A stretch of 39,402 nt of DNA, from NCBI GenBank assembly GCA_964343155.1, contig CAYFHR010000001.1, positions 1-39,402 of the forward strand, given 5' to 3'. A program made the translations under genes and the position numbers. Below the pieces are notes generated by a model. It ran no database searches, was not told the DNA's origin, and worked only from the letters and a program-made list of their open reading frames with translations. The DNA is from an uncultured Thermoproteaceae archaeon. GTDB lineage: Archaea; Thermoproteota; Thermoprotei; Thermoproteales; Thermocladiaceae. Shown one piece after another: positions 36,574 to 39,402 of this stretch; positions within the stretch are counted from its first letter, which is position 1; every line of letters begins with the position of its first letter.

Positions 36574-36912
36574 GTGGCTGGGTTTAAGGGGTATGTGATA
36601 AGTAAGACGCTTATAACCGACCCACTTGGAGGTAGGTACATTAAAATAGACATAGTTGAGGAGCGCGAGAACCCGGGACTCATAGCTGCTGGCGATCAGG
36701 CCAACAGAGAGTTCGTAGAGATGATGCAGAACATATTCAGGTCAATACCAATGCTAAACCAGCTACTTGGAGGCAAAATACCGATACCTAGGATTTCACT
36801 ATTGTTGACCGAGGATGAGGTTGAGGAATTTGGAGGTAGGCTCGACGTCGGCGACTACGTCTACGTCAGGATTCAGGGGGGTAAGGTTAGTATTGAGAAG
36901 GCTAGTGAGTAG
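36574..36912 (+). CDS. rcd1: Arcadin-1 homologue
   Basis: Pattern VISK....DP.G.RYIKIDIVEERE.PG and PRISLLLTEDE.E.FG..LDVGD matches my recollection of Pyrobaculum arcadin-1; similar size (112 aa). Confidence 0.78.
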   Translation: MAGFKGYVISKTLITDPLGGRYIKIDIVEERENPGLIAAGDQANREFVEMMQNIFRSIPMLNQLLGGKIPIPRISLLLTEDEVEEFGGRLDVGDYVYVRIQGGKVSIEKASE

Positions 36913-36955
36913 TTGGATTAGTAAAGTTTAAAGAGGCCAAGTACCTATAGGCTGG

Positions 36956-37639
36956 ATGGCCCAGAGCCAGCAACAGCAGGCAGCGCCCCAGAGGATTTCG
37001 CTGGGTAGGTGGGCCTTCAAGAAGTGGTTCCCTGTTAAGGCACCCATGGTGTTCGGCGGCCAGGTTATAGCCGAGGTTCCTGCGGAGGATCCAGGCAGGT
37101 TAATTGGTAGGAGTATAGAGGTTACGTTATATGACATAACCAGGGATTTAACCCACATAAACACTAAGCTCAAATTCAAGATAACCTCGGTGGACTCTTC
37201 ATCAGCCTACACGATGTTCAACGGAATGGAGCTCACCAGGGATTACGTCAGGAACCTGATAAGGAGGGGTTCAAGTAGGATAATGGCTATTAAGGATGTG
37301 GCGACTAAGGATGGTGCAAGGCTTAGGTTCGAGGTACTTGCAATAACGACGTATAGGTGCAATAGGTCGCATAAACACGCCATAAGGAGGATAATATTCG
37401 ATATTCTTGATAAGAGGGGGCCTGAATCAACCTTCGACGACTTAGTTAAGGCATCTGTAATGGGCCAGCTATCGCTCGAATTCTTCAACGAATGCAAGAA
37501 AATATACCCACTCAGGAAGGTTGAGGTCATGAAGATTAAGGTCCTTAAACCACCTGAGGCGGGTGGGGCTAAGCCCACTGAGGAGGTTAAGGTGGCTGAG
37601 GCGGCGGCCAATCAGCAGGCAGCCCAAGCCCAGCAATAG
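36956..37639 (+). CDS. rps3ae: 30S ribosomal protein S3Ae (eS1)
   Basis: KKWFPVKAP, LIGRSIEVTLYDITRD, RDYVRNLIRRGSSRI, KKIYPLRKVEVMKIK. Confidence 0.96.
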   Translation: MAQSQQQQAAPQRISLGRWAFKKWFPVKAPMVFGGQVIAEVPAEDPGRLIGRSIEVTLYDITRDLTHINTKLKFKITSVDSSSAYTMFNGMELTRDYVRNLIRRGSSRIMAIKDVATKDGARLRFEVLAITTYRCNRSHKHAIRRIIFDILDKRGPESTFDDLVKASVMGQLSLEFFNECKKIYPLRKVEVMKIKVLKPPEAGGAKPTEEVKVAEAAANQQAAQAQQ

Positions 37640-37742
37640 TTCAATTCGATGAAACGAACGCAATGGCGTAGGCCTAGCGCCATCTAAATCTATATATTAA
37701 TATAGAGAAATAAATATAAGCCTGCATATTAAATATCAATAT

Positions 37743-38657
37743 ATGCCCTTAGCAGTAATTGCACTTGGAGGTAATGCCTTCGCCAGGGCTGGTAGGGTAG
37801 GTACCCCAGGTGAGCAAATTGAGGCTGTTAGGGAGGCTGCCAGGGATGTTGTTGACCTGGTTGAATATGGGCTTGATGTCGTGGTTACTCATGGTAATGG
37901 GCCCCAGGCAGGCCTATTGGCTGAGAGGGTTTCAGACTACTTAACCCTAGACATGATTGACGCAGCCACTGAGGGTTGGATGGGCTACCTGTTGGCCAAT
38001 GCTATAATGAGTGAGCTTAGGGCTAGGGGCATTTCTAAGATCCCTGTGGCCATTGTAACGAGGGTTACCGTGGATGAGTATGATGAATCCTTCAAAAACC
38101 CCACGAAGTACATAGGCCCCATCTACAGTGAGGGGGAGGCTGAGAGGCTGGCTAAGGCCCATGGGTGGGTCTTTAAGGTGGATCCGAGGGGAGGGTTTAG
38201 GAGGGTTGTGGCATCCCCGGAGCCTAAAGGCATCGTGGAGATGGGCGTGATTAAGGCGTTGCTTAAGGAGGGTTACATACCCATAGCAGTAGGCGGTGGA
38301 GGCATCCCAGTGGTTGTTGATGGTGAGGTTAGGGGTGTTGAAGCCGTTGTTGACAAGGATTTGGCCAGCCAAGTATTGGCCAATGGCCTCGGCGCCGACT
38401 ACTTAATAATCCTAACCGACGTAGATTACGTATATTTAAACTATGGGAAGCCAAACCAGAGGAGGCTAGTTAAATTAACCGTCGATGAGGCCGAGAGGCA
38501 CTTAGCCGAGGGCCAATTCCCACCAGGGAGCATGGGCCCTAAGGTTGAGGCGGCGATCAGGTTCATTAGGAATGGCGGTAAGGCAGCCTACATAGGGCCC
38601 CTGGGTAGGGGCCTTGACGTATACAGGGGTTTAGTGGGCACGTTAATAACGCCCTAG
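37743..38657 (+). CDS. arcC: Carbamate kinase
   Basis: VIALGGNA, THGNGPQ, NPTKYIGP, RRVVASPEP, GGGGIPV, EAVVDKD, GSMGPKVEAA. Confidence 0.95.
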   Translation: MPLAVIALGGNAFARAGRVGTPGEQIEAVREAARDVVDLVEYGLDVVVTHGNGPQAGLLAERVSDYLTLDMIDAATEGWMGYLLANAIMSELRARGISKIPVAIVTRVTVDEYDESFKNPTKYIGPIYSEGEAERLAKAHGWVFKVDPRGGFRRVVASPEPKGIVEMGVIKALLKEGYIPIAVGGGGIPVVVDGEVRGVEAVVDKDLASQVLANGLGADYLIILTDVDYVYLNYGKPNQRRLVKLTVDEAERHLAEGQFPPGSMGPKVEAAIRFIRNGGKAAYIGPLGRGLDVYRGLVGTLITP

Positions 38658-38729
38658 TGGGCCCATTATGGTTAAATTGGCTGATTGTTTAAGGCGGCGG
38701 GTTTAAAGGTTGAGGAGCCTTGCTAAACC

Positions 38730-39110
38730 GTGGCTAATGCACATGAGGCAATGCTTAGGAGTGCCCTTGAAATCTTAAACTACGCTAAGGAGGAGTTCGA
38801 TAAGGCTCTTAAAACCAGGGACATGTACCTGTACAGGAATGCCGCAGATAAGGCGTTCCTAGCCTTAATAATAGCGGTCAACGCATTCATATATTTTAAA
38901 CTTGGAGTAGTGCCAAGCAACCATAGTGAACGTAGGAGGCTACTTAGGGAACTTGGTAGGGAGGATCTAAGGGCCCTATACAGCGACCTAATGAGGACGC
39001 TTCACGAAGAGGCCTTCTACGAAGGTGTCTATGAACCTGAGGAGGTTAAATATGCCATAGGTAAGGTTGAGGAGGTTATTAGGAGCCTAATGGGCTTAGG
39101 AGGCATTTAG
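38730..39110 (+). CDS. PaREP1-family (HEPN-like) protein
   Basis: Helical 126 aa with NAADKAFLA, PSNHSE, TLHEEAFYEG. Confidence 0.78.
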   Translation: MANAHEAMLRSALEILNYAKEEFDKALKTRDMYLYRNAADKAFLALIIAVNAFIYFKLGVVPSNHSERRRLLRELGREDLRALYSDLMRTLHEEAFYEGVYEPEEVKYAIGKVEEVIRSLMGLGGI

Positions 39111-39204
39111 GCAACTTTAACGATCCTCCACTCCTAGTTTAACAACCTTCTATAAGATATCCTTAGTGAGGATGCTACCCATTACTTATGCTGCTGTTTG
39201 AAGC

Positions 39205-39262
39205 GGCGTCAGCTAGGATGACCCCTCTTCACCGCTCAGTGAAGGGCGTGCACATCACTAAT
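39205..39262 (-). ncRNA. C/D box guide sRNA
   Basis: Minus strand: C box GTGATGT (39258-39252), 12-nt guide, D' CTGA (39239-39236), C' GTGAAGA (39232-39226), 13-nt guide, D CTGA (39212-39209). Ends approximate. Confidence 0.85.
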
Positions 39263-39279
39263 CGCTAACCTGCCTAAGG

Positions 39280-39287
39280 TTTATATA
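39280..39287. promoter_or_regulatory. Possible bidirectional TATA box
   Basis: TTTATATA starts 28 nt before ATG 39308 on +; read on the minus strand it lies about 29 nt before the sRNA C box. Confidence 0.55.
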
Positions 39288-39307
39288 GTTTGCATTAATG
39301 AGCCCCT

Positions 39308-39402
39308 ATGAGCATGGCGTTGACTATCACAAACTACATAGGTATTGCAGCCTTCTCAGCCTCAGGTTCATTAAAGGCTATTGAGAAGAACATGGATCTC
39401 CT
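39308..39402 (+). CDS. N-terminus of a TRIC/UPF0126-family membrane protein (truncated by window edge)
   Basis: [31 protein letters not shown] fits the family start IG..AFA.SG...A....MD. Confidence 0.75.
   Translation, partial: MSMALTITNYIGIAAFSASGSLKAIEKNMDL

Noticed and set aside
35-38372. Many antisense ORFs rich in Ser/Leu/Thr/Pro (e.g. 2189-2779, 11767-12321, 25640-26314, 32831-33361)
   Set aside because: Shadow frames of well-supported genes caused by codon bias; no motifs
39117-39182. Minus-strand fragment MGSILTKDIL*KVVKLGVEDR as a pseudogene relic
   Set aside because: Too short to assign; no recognisable family

Overview
Archaeal chromosomal window, most likely from Thermoproteaceae (Caldivirga/Vulcanisaeta/Thermocladium-like). 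The basis is an unsplit rpoB, S26e and S3Ae, an arcadin-1 homologue, a PaREP1 gene, and TATA boxes about 27-30 nt before leaderless starts. Most of the window is housekeeping: XPD helicase, RIO1 kinase, PPDK, prenyl synthase, S13, signal peptidase, SRP RNA, a pyrC-B-I-E-D-F cluster, several glycosyltransferases, Hsp20, a PhoU-type regulator, rpoB, tRNA-Phe and carbamate kinase. The best candidate for an undescribed system is 32149-36912. It holds a translationally coupled minus-strand operon of a ParA/MinD ATPase, a small acidic helical protein, a putative winged-helix protein and a membrane-anchored HerA/VirB4/FtsK-type ATPase. An unannotated 34-aa Glu/aromatic peptide gene follows the operon, and a degenerate hydrolase and an arcadin-1 gene without crenactin diverge from it. 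Other elements absent from the ORF track are a 49-aa twin Cx3Cx3C ORF overlapping the rpoB start, a C/D box sRNA at about 39205-39262, and an SRP RNA with an atypical Alu domain. All family calls come from motif recognition by eye; no searches were run. No CRISPR array, transposase or integrase was seen.
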